A stretch of 64,000 nucleotides of DNA from positions 143,437 through 207,436 of the forward strand of contig JBMNNJ010000001.1 in the NCBI GenBank assembly GCA_050953885.1. Reading direction: 5' to 3'. Positions 28,881 through 37,707 of the stretch are shown piece after piece; positions within the stretch are counted from its first letter, which is position 1; each line of letters starts with the position of its first letter. Source of the stretch: Patescibacteria group bacterium. GTDB taxonomy: Bacteria; Patescibacteriota; Microgenomatia; 0-14-0-10-38-17. Below the pieces are notes generated by a model that had not been told where the DNA came from, searched no databases, and saw only the letters and a list, made by a program, of their open reading frames with translations. The position numbers and the translations under genes were made by a program.

Positions 28881-29178
28881 GAAATAATTCTGGCCACAAG
28901 TCCTTAAACTCAGGGTTACTTTTTCTAATTAATTCCAACTTCCATTCTCTTCGCCAACTTTTTAGCTGTTTTTCTCTCTTTATCGCTTCTTCTATGTTGT
29001 CAAAAACTTCAAAATAAAGAAGCTTGTTAAGATGATACTTTTTAGTAAAGCCTTCAACTAACTCCTCTTTATGTTGGCTAATCCGATGATAAAAATCGGC
29101 AGTTACTCCAATATAAAGGGTGGGGCGATCGTTACCCATAATATAAACAACAGCTTGCTTTTCCATTTTTAATTTCAA
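28876..29178 (-). CDS. GIY-YIG nuclease family protein (UPF0213/YhbQ-like)
   Basis: VYIMGNDRPTLYIGVTADFYHRISQHK (GIY...YIG). About 95 aa. Confidence 0.8.
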   Translation of the reverse strand: MKLKMEKQAVVYIMGNDRPTLYIGVTADFYHRISQHKEELVEGFTKKYHLNKLLYFEVFDNIEEAIKREKQLKSWRREWKLELIRKSNPEFKDLWPELFP

Positions 29179-29179
29179 A

Positions 29180-29500
29180 AACTAAAACGCAGATCCTGAC
29201 TTTCGTCAGGATGACGGCTACGGGAAGCGTCAGAATGACAATAACCGTGCCGTCATTCCGGACTTGATCCGCCATAGCGGGATCCGCCTCAGGCGGAATC
29301 CGGAATCTGTGTTATTATCAGAAAACGCAGATTATGACTTTCGTCAGAATGACAAAAAAGCGTCAGGATGATACTGACCGTCATCCTGAACTTGATTCAG
29401 GATCTGTTTTAAAAAAACTAAAACGCAGATCCTGACTTTCGTCAGGATGACGGTTAGGGGAAGCGCCAGAATGACAGAAAAGCGTCAGGGTAACGCCTCC
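29180..29500. repeat. Family-A composite repeat array
   Basis: H1, H2 with nested H4, and H5 modules. Confidence 0.9.
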
Positions 29501-30603
29501 AAACTTTCCAAAACCTCTCGGGCGGTTTTTTGCCAAGAAAATTTTTGCGCCTGTTGAAGACCTTTTTTTATCATTTCCCCTCTTAATTTAGGATTATTGG
29601 CTATTTTTTCCATCGCCTTCCTAATCTCCTCGGATTTCTCGGGATTAACCAAAATTCCCGCCTCTCCGGCCGCCTCGGGAAGACTGGAGACATTGCTGGT
29701 AATAACCGGCGCACCAGAGGCCATTGCTTCCAAAATCGGCAAGCCAAAGCCTTCGTAAAGCGAAGGATAAACAAAACAAAGAGCGCCGGCGTAAAGAGAA
29801 GGCAAATCCTCATCCGGCACATAACCTAAAAGTTTTAAATTTTTAGTTGCCGACTTTAAACTCTGATCGCCCCAACCTGTTTTGCCGACAATTGCTAATT
29901 GCCACCCTCTTTTATTTTCCAAACCGTCAAAAGCCTCAATTAAACGTGGCAAATTTTTGCGTGGTTCCCGCGTTCCTACCGCCAAAAAATAATCACCAAG
30001 CCCATATTTTTTCTTCACCGCTTTTATTTTCCCCTCGCCTTGGGGGCAAAAATGGCGATGATCCACTCCGGGATAAACCACTTTAATTTTCTCTTTGTTA
30101 AGATCAATTATTTTTTCCAAATCGCGCCTCGTGCTTTGAGAACTAGCAAAAACCAAATCGGCTTCTTTTTTTACCCATTTCATCCGGTTTTTATGAGCGT
30201 TAATTATCTTTTCAGGCAGAGTTTGCGGGTATTGCCAAGGAACTAAATCATGGACAACGGTAACCAACTTGGCTTTTTCTGCCGGCGGCTGGGTCCAGTC
30301 GGAAGCAAAAAAAATATCCACTTTTCCCACCAGCGTTTCCACCGGCAAAAGATGGGTTCGGTTCCAAAACCAGTCTAAGAGAGTAGGGGGGTAGGGAACA
30401 ATTTTGGCTTTTACCCGACCGGGATATTTCTTTTGTAGTTTCCTCGCAAAATTGATAAGGATTTGTTTTTGCCGCAGGGAGCCGCCAAAAAGAAGATAGC
30501 GGTTTTTTTTATCGACAACCAAAAGGTTTTCCACCAAATTTTTGGCGTAAACGCTTACCCCCGTACCGTAAACAATTTGGGAAATATCAACGGCAATGGT
30601 CAC
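29485..30603 (-). CDS. GT4 glycosyltransferase
   Basis: [36 protein letters not shown] start likely. Confidence 0.85.
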   Translation of the reverse strand: MTIAVDISQIVYGTGVSVYAKNLVENLLVVDKKNRYLLFGGSLRQKQILINFARKLQKKYPGRVKAKIVPYPPTLLDWFWNRTHLLPVETLVGKVDIFFASDWTQPPAEKAKLVTVVHDLVPWQYPQTLPEKIINAHKNRMKWVKKEADLVFASSQSTRRDLEKIIDLNKEKIKVVYPGVDHRHFCPQGEGKIKAVKKKYGLGDYFLAVGTREPRKNLPRLIEAFDGLENKRGWQLAIVGKTGWGDQSLKSATKNLKLLGYVPDEDLPSLYAGALCFVYPSLYEGFGLPILEAMASGAPVITSNVSSLPEAAGEAGILVNPEKSEEIRKAMEKIANNPKLRGEMIKKGLQQAQKFSWQKTAREVLESLEALP

Positions 30604-30816
30604 GGAAAAAAAATTATTAAACTATTAAATAGCTTAATTACTAAAAATTCAAAATGCAAAAGTCAAAAGTCAAAATTTAAAGTCAAAAGTCAAAAGTTTT
30701 TGTTTCACTTTTTAATTTTAACTTTTGAATTCCCTATGGGGGAAGAAATATGCACCTAAAAAATAAACGAGAAAGCAGAGAAAATCACCAATCGATTTTT
30801 TCTATTTTACCATTTT

Positions 30817-31536
30817 ATGCTAAAATTATCCCAAATGGTTAAGAAGCTCCCCTCGCTTTCAATTTTTTTCCCCTTCTACAACGAGGAGGCCAATATTGCC
30901 GCCCAAACCAAAGAGGCCTTAAAAGTTGCTCCCCAATTTTCCCAAAAGTGGGAAATTATTTTGGTTAACGACGGCTCAGCGGATAAAACAGGTAAAATTG
31001 CCCAAGAATTAGCCAAAAAATATCCCGGCGTGCACGCCGTCAGCCATTCCCAAAACCGCGGCTATGGCGCCGCCATTAAAACCGGTTTAAAAGCAAGCCG
31101 ATACGAGTGGATCTTTTTTTCCGACGGCGACCGTCAATTTGACTTAAAAGAATTAAGCAAGCTGGTGGAGAAAAGCGAGGAGGCCGATTTAATTATCGGC
31201 TACCGGCAAAAGCGAGCCGATCCTTTTATCCGCCTTGCCAACGCCAAGCTTTTTAATTTTTTAATTCGCCTGCTTTTTGGCTTAAAAGTGAAAGACGTTG
31301 ACTGCGCTTTCAAGCTAATTAAGAAAGAGGTGGTTGACAACATTGGGCCGCTTAAATCCGACGGCGCCTTGGTTTCAAGTGAACTTTTAATTAAGGCCCA
31401 GAAAAAAGGCTATAAAATTTTGGAGGTGCCGGTGAGCCATTACCCCCGCAAAGCAGGCAAACAAACCGGCGCTAACCCCCGCGTTATTTTTAAAGCTTTT
31501 TACGATATTGCCGCTCTCTGGCAAGACTTAAAATGA
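30817..31536 (+). CDS. GT2 glycosyltransferase (DPM1/dolichyl-P-glucosyltransferase-like, soluble)
   Basis: FFPFYNEEANI...ILVNDGSADKT...FSDGDRQFD. Confidence 0.8.
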   Translation: MLKLSQMVKKLPSLSIFFPFYNEEANIAAQTKEALKVAPQFSQKWEIILVNDGSADKTGKIAQELAKKYPGVHAVSHSQNRGYGAAIKTGLKASRYEWIFFSDGDRQFDLKELSKLVEKSEEADLIIGYRQKRADPFIRLANAKLFNFLIRLLFGLKVKDVDCAFKLIKKEVVDNIGPLKSDGALVSSELLIKAQKKGYKILEVPVSHYPRKAGKQTGANPRVIFKAFYDIAALWQDLK

Positions 31537-32132
31537 TTAACTTAACCGATAAAACCGGCCAAAAGCTAACTTTTGCCCAAGCCCTTCAAAAAGGGTGGAA
31601 AAGAGTGGGGGCTATTTTTTTAGATGCTAAATTAATGCTTTTGCGCTGGACGGGGTATATTCCTTCGCACGCTTTGCGAAAAACTATCTATCGGCTGGCG
31701 GGAGTAAAAATAGGGAAGGGTTCTACTCTTCATATGTGGGCTAATTTTTTCCAAACTCATAATATTGTTATCGGCCAAGACACGATTATTGGCGACCATT
31801 GCTTTTTAGACGGCCGCGCTCCTTTAAAGATCGGCAGCCATACCGCCATTGCCTCTCAAGTTTTAATTTACAACTCCGAGCATAATGTCCACGACCCGCA
31901 TTTTGCCGCCATTGAAGAGCCGGTGGAAATTGGCGACTATGTTTTTATTGGCGCCCGGGCAATTATTCTGCCGGGGGTAAAAATTGGCAATGGCGCGGTG
32001 GTGGCCGCCGGCGCAGTGGTAACCAAAGACGTGCCGGAAAAAACTATTGTGGGCGGCGTGCCGGCCCGGGAAATCGGCAAGAGAGAAATCCCCCTAAATT
32101 ACCGACTGGGAAGAGCAAGATTGTTTCAGTAA
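31533..32132 (+). CDS. Hexapeptide-repeat (LbH) sugar O-acetyltransferase (WbbJ/WcaF-like)
   Basis: IGDHCFLDGRAP...IGDYVFIGARAIILPGVKIGNGAVVAAGAVV hexapeptide repeats. Confidence 0.8.
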   Translation: MINLTDKTGQKLTFAQALQKGWKRVGAIFLDAKLMLLRWTGYIPSHALRKTIYRLAGVKIGKGSTLHMWANFFQTHNIVIGQDTIIGDHCFLDGRAPLKIGSHTAIASQVLIYNSEHNVHDPHFAAIEEPVEIGDYVFIGARAIILPGVKIGNGAVVAAGAVVTKDVPEKTIVGGVPAREIGKREIPLNYRLGRARLFQ

Positions 32133-32189
32133 AAAGAGAAATTAGAAATTCGCCTTGCTTTGGCGGGACGGAAATTAAGAAATTAGGAG

Positions 32190-32813
32190 ATGAAAAAATT
32201 TTTTTTCTTAAATTGGCCACGAAAGGCTAAAATTCTTTATGGCCTGCTTTTTTTGGTCAGTCTTTTTTATCTTTTCCTGCCCGGCCCGCCTGTTCCCCAA
32301 TTAGGAGAGAATTTCCCTTTTGAAATAGGCTTTATCAGCCAAATGATGGGCGAGCCGGTGGCCACTTTCTACACCAACCAAGGGCAAGAAGAGGTGTTAT
32401 TGTTTTTCCAAAAAAAATATTCTCACAGCCCCCTTTTAAACCTTCCTCTTTTGGTTCAAAAAACCGATTATTTCCCCCAAGAGGCCTATGAACTTATAAA
32501 CGATATGCACAGCGCCAAAAATACCAATTTCTTAGTGGAATTTCGCCAACCCGGCCGAGAATCCTTGGTTATCAAAGGATATGGGGAAACTAACCCCGAA
32601 GAAATAAGTCAAAAAGACACTAAGAAAATAATTAGTTTTAAACCTGAAGACGGCAAAGAATATCATCTTCAAATAACTGTTTATCAGATTAAAACCCCAC
32701 CGGCGATAAGGGTTTTAATGCTTTGTCTTATTTTCTTAATCACGCCGGTGGTTTTTTTGGGGATAATAAAAACAGTAGGGGAGACCTGGAGGAAGCTAAG
32801 CACACGGGATTAA
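32190..32813 (+). CDS. Hypothetical membrane-anchored protein
   Basis: N-terminal and C-terminal TM segments. The 3' end runs into repeat module D. Confidence 0.4.
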   Translation: MKKFFFLNWPRKAKILYGLLFLVSLFYLFLPGPPVPQLGENFPFEIGFISQMMGEPVATFYTNQGQEEVLLFFQKKYSHSPLLNLPLLVQKTDYFPQEAYELINDMHSAKNTNFLVEFRQPGRESLVIKGYGETNPEEISQKDTKKIISFKPEDGKEYHLQITVYQIKTPPAIRVLMLCLIFLITPVVFLGIIKTVGETWRKLSTRD

Positions 32814-32867
32814 ACAGGATTTTTACAGGATAAAACAGGATAAATCTTGATGAGGTGATGAGTATAG

Positions 32868-33010
32868 ACAAATTCAAATCTCAAATCTCAAAACTCAAAA
32901 CTACAACTCAAAACTTAAATCTAAAAAAAACAACTTTAAGCTTTAAAAAGTTTTAACATTTACCATGTAGTTTTGAGTTTTAACATTTGAGTTTTAACAT
33001 TTTAGCTTGC
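32868..33010. repeat. Family-B MITE-like element (acaactcaaaac...ttttaacatttaccatgtagttttgagtttt)
   Basis: Four copies in the window: 32868-33010, 40590-40760, 50856-51015 and 54660-54745. Imperfect terminal inverted repeats caaaactcaaaac/gttttgagtttt. Confidence 0.75.
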
Positions 33011-33071
33011 ATTTTAAGTTTATTTTCTTGTCCATTCGTTTCTCATTCGTGTTAATTCGTGTCTTTTAGCA

Positions 33072-34247
33072 ATGAAGCAATCTAAACCCATTTTATCAAT
33101 CATCATCGTCTCTTATAACACCAAGGAACTGTTGAAAGAATGCCTTGATTCCGTGGCTAAATCATTAGCCAGCGCTAATTTTAAAAGCAACCAAGAAAAG
33201 ATCCTGAATCAAGTTCAGAATGACGCTAATCGTAACCGTCATCCTAACTCCTCTCGCCGTCATCCTGACGATCCGCCAGCTGGCGGACAGGATCTGCCCT
33301 TGTCATTAACACAGATTCCGGATCAAGTCTGGAATGACAGTTTCCAAGTTCGTTACCCTGACTCTTCTCACCGTCATCCTGATGATCCGCCAGTTGGCGG
33401 ACAGGATCTACCCTTGGCCGAAATCATCGTTGTTGACAATAATTCCCGCGACGATTCGGTAGAAATGCTTGAAAATTTAAAATTGAAACTTGAAAATTCA
33501 ATGAAAATTGAAAATTTAAAATTGAAAATTATTATTAATAACGATAATCTTGGCTTTGCCAAGGCTAATAATCAGGGGATAAAAATAGCCGAAGGAAAAT
33601 ATGTCCTGCTTTTAAACTCCGATACTAAAATTGTTGAAGATAATTTTTTCCCAAAAATTATTAGTTTTTTGGAGAAAAATTCTGCGGTGGGAATTTTAGG
33701 ACCAAAACTAATTTGGGAAGACGGTAAAATTCAACCCTCGGGTGGTTATTTTCCTACTTTAGGTCGCCTCTTTGCCTGGGCTTTTTTCTTGGACGATTTA
33801 CCGGGCCTTTCAAAAATAATTAAAGCCTACCATCCCCACCCTAAGGACTGTCAAAAACCTCAAAGGCAAGACTGGGTTACCGGCGCCTGTTTCTGGGTGA
33901 AAAAGGAAGTTTTTGATAAAATAGGAATGCTTGACGAGGATTTTTTTATGTATGTGGAAGAACTGGAATTTTGTTTTCGCGCTAAAAAAGCGGGGTTTGA
34001 GGTGATTTATTATCCTCAGGCGAAACTTATTCATTACGGCGGGAAAAGCGGCACCGCTTTTAATACTGTTATAGGTGAATTTAAAGGCTTAAAACTTTTT
34101 TACCAGAAACACCAGCCGGCCTGGCAAAAACCGTTCCTAAATTTCCTCCTTAAGGCGGCCGCTTTTAACCGTTTTTTTTTCTTAGGAATTTTGGGGGGAA
34201 ATAAAGAAAAAAAAGAAATTTATCGAAAAGTTTTGGAAAGCAAGTAG
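33072..34247 (+). CDS. GT2 glycosyltransferase carrying an in-frame insertion of about 75 aa derived from family-A hairpin repeats
   Basis: N-terminus ILSIIIVSYNTKELL and EIIVVDNNSRDDS are split by NRNRHPNSSRRHPDDPPAGGQDLPLSLTQIPDQVWNDSFQVRYPDSSHRHPDDPPVGGQDLP. The DNA at 33196-33418 consists of the H5, H1+H3 and H2 repeat modules. Confidence 0.8.
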   Translation: MKQSKPILSIIIVSYNTKELLKECLDSVAKSLASANFKSNQEKILNQVQNDANRNRHPNSSRRHPDDPPAGGQDLPLSLTQIPDQVWNDSFQVRYPDSSHRHPDDPPVGGQDLPLAEIIVVDNNSRDDSVEMLENLKLKLENSMKIENLKLKIIINNDNLGFAKANNQGIKIAEGKYVLLLNSDTKIVEDNFFPKIISFLEKNSAVGILGPKLIWEDGKIQPSGGYFPTLGRLFAWAFFLDDLPGLSKIIKAYHPHPKDCQKPQRQDWVTGACFWVKKEVFDKIGMLDEDFFMYVEELEFCFRAKKAGFEVIYYPQAKLIHYGGKSGTAFNTVIGEFKGLKLFYQKHQPAWQKPFLNFLLKAAAFNRFFFLGILGGNKEKKEIYRKVLESK

Positions 34248-34297
34248 GCACTTGTAACACGTAATGCGTAATACGCAACTTGTAATAATTAATTATT

Positions 34298-35800
34298 ATG
34301 TCTCTTTTAAAAAATAAATTTTTTGCTTTGCTAAATTCCTTTCTTGATCACGCTTTGCCAATAGCAGCGCTGGTTTTGCTGGTTTTTATCCCTCTTTACC
34401 CTAAATTTCCCGCCCTTGATGTCCCCGGCACCTATGTTAAAATTCGCGTTGACGATTTTTTAGTGGCCGCCGCCCTCTTCCTTACTTTGCTTAAATTCCT
34501 CATTAACCGGCAAAAAGCCATGAAGGTGGGCATAAATCGAGCGATTATCCTCTACTGGGTTGTTGGCGGCGTTTCGCTTCTGGGGGCAATTTTTTCCCTC
34601 CAGCTGGTTTTTCCCCATCTGGCCATTCTCCATTTCCTGAGGCGAATCGAATATATGGGGCTTTTTTTCTTGGGTTTTTTTGCCTTAAGAAAGAAAAAAG
34701 AATTCGATGTTTTTTTAAACGGCCTTTTTTTAGCCACTTTTTTGGTTTTTATCTATGGCTTAGGGCAAAAATTCTTTGGCTGGCCGGTGGTTTCCACCAT
34801 GAATGAAGAATTTTCCAAGGGGATGCTCTTGCGGCTTGATGTTTGGGTACGTGTCAGCAGCACTTTTGCCGGCCATTATGATTTGGCCGCTTTTCTTTCT
34901 CTGGTTCTGCCTTTAATTTTGGCCTCTTTAATTAAAAGCCATTATCGAACAAAGCAAATCCTTCTGGGTTTTCTTTATTTTTTTGCTTATTACCTGCTTT
35001 TAAACACCGCCTCGCGAGTTTCTTTTGTGGCCTATTTAATCGCTATTTTTTGCCTGCTTATTTTCTTAAACAAAAAATGGCTGATTATTCCTGTGGTTGG
35101 CCTAAGCCTTTTGGGGATGCTTTTTTCCGAAGATATCACCCAGCGTTTTGCCGCCACCATTAAGATTGAAGCGCCCCGTCTGGCCGCCCGCCTGGAAAAA
35201 ACCCTTGACTTTCTTTCTCCCCAAGGATCGTCAAGAACTTCTTTTTTCCCAACACCCATCCCCTCACCCACCCCTGCCTTAACCCCTTCGCCAACACCTC
35301 TTACCGTCGTTACTAAAGTTACCCCCGGGGGGAGTAGGCCAACACCAACGCCAACGCCAACACCAACCCCCCTGTCAAGCGAAGAAGAGTTTTGGGAAGC
35401 GCAAAAAAGCGTTGAGCTGGGAGTAGAACGCTCGGGAGGAATTCGTTTTGATTACGAATGGCCCCGAGCCTTAAACCATTTTAAGAAAAGCCCGCTTTTG
35501 GGAACCGGTTTTTCTTCTTTAGGTTTGGCCACCGACAATGATTATTTACGCGCTTTAGGAGAAACTGGCCTCTTGGGGCTTTTATCATTCTTGCTTATTT
35601 TCCTTGAAGGGTTAAAATTAATTTTAGAAAAAGGCAAAAAAAGCTGGCAGGCCCAAGCAATGAGCGCTTCTGCGCTGGCGATGCTAGCTAATGCCTGTTT
35701 TATTGATGTCTTTGAAGCCTCAAAGGTGGCTTATATTTTTTGGTTATTACTAGGCCTAACCGTTGGCTACCTTAACGATGAACATCCCAAAAATTCTTAA
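34298..35800 (+). CDS. O-antigen ligase / Wzy-like polymerase family membrane protein with Pro/Thr-rich linker
   Basis: More than 10 TM helices. Large loop near the C-terminus. PTPTPTPTPTP low-complexity tract (35220-35390). Confidence 0.55.
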   Translation: MSLLKNKFFALLNSFLDHALPIAALVLLVFIPLYPKFPALDVPGTYVKIRVDDFLVAAALFLTLLKFLINRQKAMKVGINRAIILYWVVGGVSLLGAIFSLQLVFPHLAILHFLRRIEYMGLFFLGFFALRKKKEFDVFLNGLFLATFLVFIYGLGQKFFGWPVVSTMNEEFSKGMLLRLDVWVRVSSTFAGHYDLAAFLSLVLPLILASLIKSHYRTKQILLGFLYFFAYYLLLNTASRVSFVAYLIAIFCLLIFLNKKWLIIPVVGLSLLGMLFSEDITQRFAATIKIEAPRLAARLEKTLDFLSPQGSSRTSFFPTPIPSPTPALTPSPTPLTVVTKVTPGGSRPTPTPTPTPTPLSSEEEFWEAQKSVELGVERSGGIRFDYEWPRALNHFKKSPLLGTGFSSLGLATDNDYLRALGETGLLGLLSFLLIFLEGLKLILEKGKKSWQAQAMSASALAMLANACFIDVFEASKVAYIFWLLLGLTVGYLNDEHPKNS

Positions 35801-37253
35801 AAACGAAAAGCTCTGGCTGGCGCTTATTTTTTCCTTAGCGCTCCTTTTGCGGCTTTACAAAATTGATAATCCCATCGCCGACTGGCATTCCTGGCGCCAA
35901 GCCGACACCGCCGCCGTCAGTCGCAATTTTCTTAAATACGGTTTTAATCCTCTTTATCCCCGTTTTGACGATCTTTCCTCCATTCCCTCGGGGAAAGAAA
36001 ACCCCCAAGGCTGGCGTTTTGTGGAATTTCCCATTTTCAACCTTATCCACGCTGGTCTTTTTAAAGTATTTAATTATTTTAGCCTCGAAATTTGGGGGAG
36101 ACTAACGGCGGTGATTTCCTCGCTTTTTTCTCTTCTTTTTCTTTATCTTCTTTCTAAAAAATTTTTTGGCAAAAAAACCGCTTTCTTAACCGCTTTTTTC
36201 TTTGCCACCCTTCCTTTTAATGTTTACTACTCACGAGTGATTTTGCCCGAACCGCTAATGGTGGCTTTTTCTTTGGGAGCGCTTTATTTTTTTGTTGAAT
36301 TTATCGAAAATAAAAAAACTGCCCACTGGTTGGCGTCTTGCTTTTTGGGAATTTTGGCCCTGCTTAGCAAACCCTATGCCGTTTTTATTATGGGTCTGCC
36401 AATGGCCTATCTTGTTTTAGAAAAGCTTTTAAAAGAAAGAAAAGACAAAAAATCCCTTAGGAAAGATCTTTTTTTGACCATTTTGTACGTCATTTTTCTT
36501 TTTCTCCCCTTTTTTCTCTGGCGAACTTGGATGAAAAATTTTCCCGAGGGAATACCGGCCAATGAATGGCTTTTCAACGCCGGCGGTATGCGCCTTAAGC
36601 CGGTTTGGTGGCGCTGGCTCTTTTACGAAAGAATCGCCAAATTAATTTTGGGAGGGTGGGGCGCCACCTTTTTGGTTCTGGGATTAACCGCCAAAAAAAA
36701 TCATCGCGCTGATGGTTTTTTTTACTCCCTTATTGCCGGCGCTCTTTTGTTTTTGGTTGTTTTTGCCCGCGGCAATATTCAGCACGATTATTATCAGGCA
36801 TTAATTATCCCCGCTCTTTGTCTTTCCTTAGGCCGAGGCGCCAACCTTTTGCTGGAAAACTTTGAAAAAAAGTCTTCCCCATTTCTTCGTTATTGCCTAA
36901 CCGCTGTTTGCCTCCTTTTTACCCTTCTTTTCTCTTTTTTTGAGGTGCGAGGATATTATCAGGTTAATAATCCCGCCATTATGGAGGCGGGGCAACGGGC
37001 AGACATTATTTTGCCAAAAGACGCTAAAATAGTCGCTCCTTACGATGGCGATACCGCTTTTTTGTACCAAACCAATCGCCCGGGCTGGCCGGCAATGACC
37101 GGCTCAATTGATGATATGATTAAACTTGGCGCCACCCATTATGTTTCCGTTAATTTTGACGAAGATACCAAGGAAATAATGAAAAAGTATAAAATACTGG
37201 AGGAAACCAATAGATATGTAATTATAGAATTAATCTTAAAACCAAAAACTTAA
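35778..37253 (+). CDS. GT-C family membrane glycosyltransferase (ArnT/PMT_2-like)
   Basis: WHSWRQADTAAVSRNF loop motif. 13 or more TM helices. Confidence 0.6.
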   Translation: MNIPKILKNEKLWLALIFSLALLLRLYKIDNPIADWHSWRQADTAAVSRNFLKYGFNPLYPRFDDLSSIPSGKENPQGWRFVEFPIFNLIHAGLFKVFNYFSLEIWGRLTAVISSLFSLLFLYLLSKKFFGKKTAFLTAFFFATLPFNVYYSRVILPEPLMVAFSLGALYFFVEFIENKKTAHWLASCFLGILALLSKPYAVFIMGLPMAYLVLEKLLKERKDKKSLRKDLFLTILYVIFLFLPFFLWRTWMKNFPEGIPANEWLFNAGGMRLKPVWWRWLFYERIAKLILGGWGATFLVLGLTAKKNHRADGFFYSLIAGALLFLVVFARGNIQHDYYQALIIPALCLSLGRGANLLLENFEKKSSPFLRYCLTAVCLLFTLLFSFFEVRGYYQVNNPAIMEAGQRADIILPKDAKIVAPYDGDTAFLYQTNRPGWPAMTGSIDDMIKLGATHYVSVNFDEDTKEIMKKYKILEETNRYVIIELILKPKT

Positions 37254-37288
37254 AATCAAAATCTTATCCTAAATTTTAAATCTAAATT

Positions 37289-37657
37289 ATGGTCGAAAAC
37301 AAAAAAAATATTAAATATCGAGCATATGGTTTCGCTTTAGAGGTAATAAAATTGATTGATACTCTTCCAAACAAAAAAGCCTATTGGTCGCTTGGGGATC
37401 AGATATTAAGATCTGCTACCAGCATTGGTGCTAATATTGTTGAGGCAACTGGATCTTTAAGTAAAAAAGAGTTTATTAGGTTTTATTCTATCGCTCTCAA
37501 AAGCGCCAACGAAACAAAATTTTGGCTCTGTTTAATTAGAGACTCCCAGAAAGGTAACATTAAAATGGCGAGCAAGCTTCTCCAAGAAGCTAATGAATTA
37601 TCAAAAATGATTGGCGCCAGCATCTTAACGATGAAAGGCAAAAGAACAAAAGATTAA
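37289..37657 (+). CDS. Four-helix-bundle protein (TIGR02436 / 23S rRNA intervening-sequence protein family; Avd-like fold)
   Basis: YRAYGFALEVIKLIDTLP...QILRSATSIGANIVEA...SANETKFWL is the characteristic signature. Confidence 0.8.
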   Translation: MVENKKNIKYRAYGFALEVIKLIDTLPNKKAYWSLGDQILRSATSIGANIVEATGSLSKKEFIRFYSIALKSANETKFWLCLIRDSQKGNIKMASKLLQEANELSKMIGASILTMKGKRTKD

Positions 37658-37707
37658 AGATTTAAAATAAGATTTTGAATTTTGGATTTAAGATTTAAGA
37701 TAAAAAC

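Noticed and set aside
37289-37657. Diversity-generating retroelement (Avd-like gene present)
   Set aside because: No reverse transcriptase (no YADD-type ORF) and no TR/VR repeat pair with adenine-specific differences lie in the window. The tandem paralogs at 22528 and 23409 differ at non-adenine positions.
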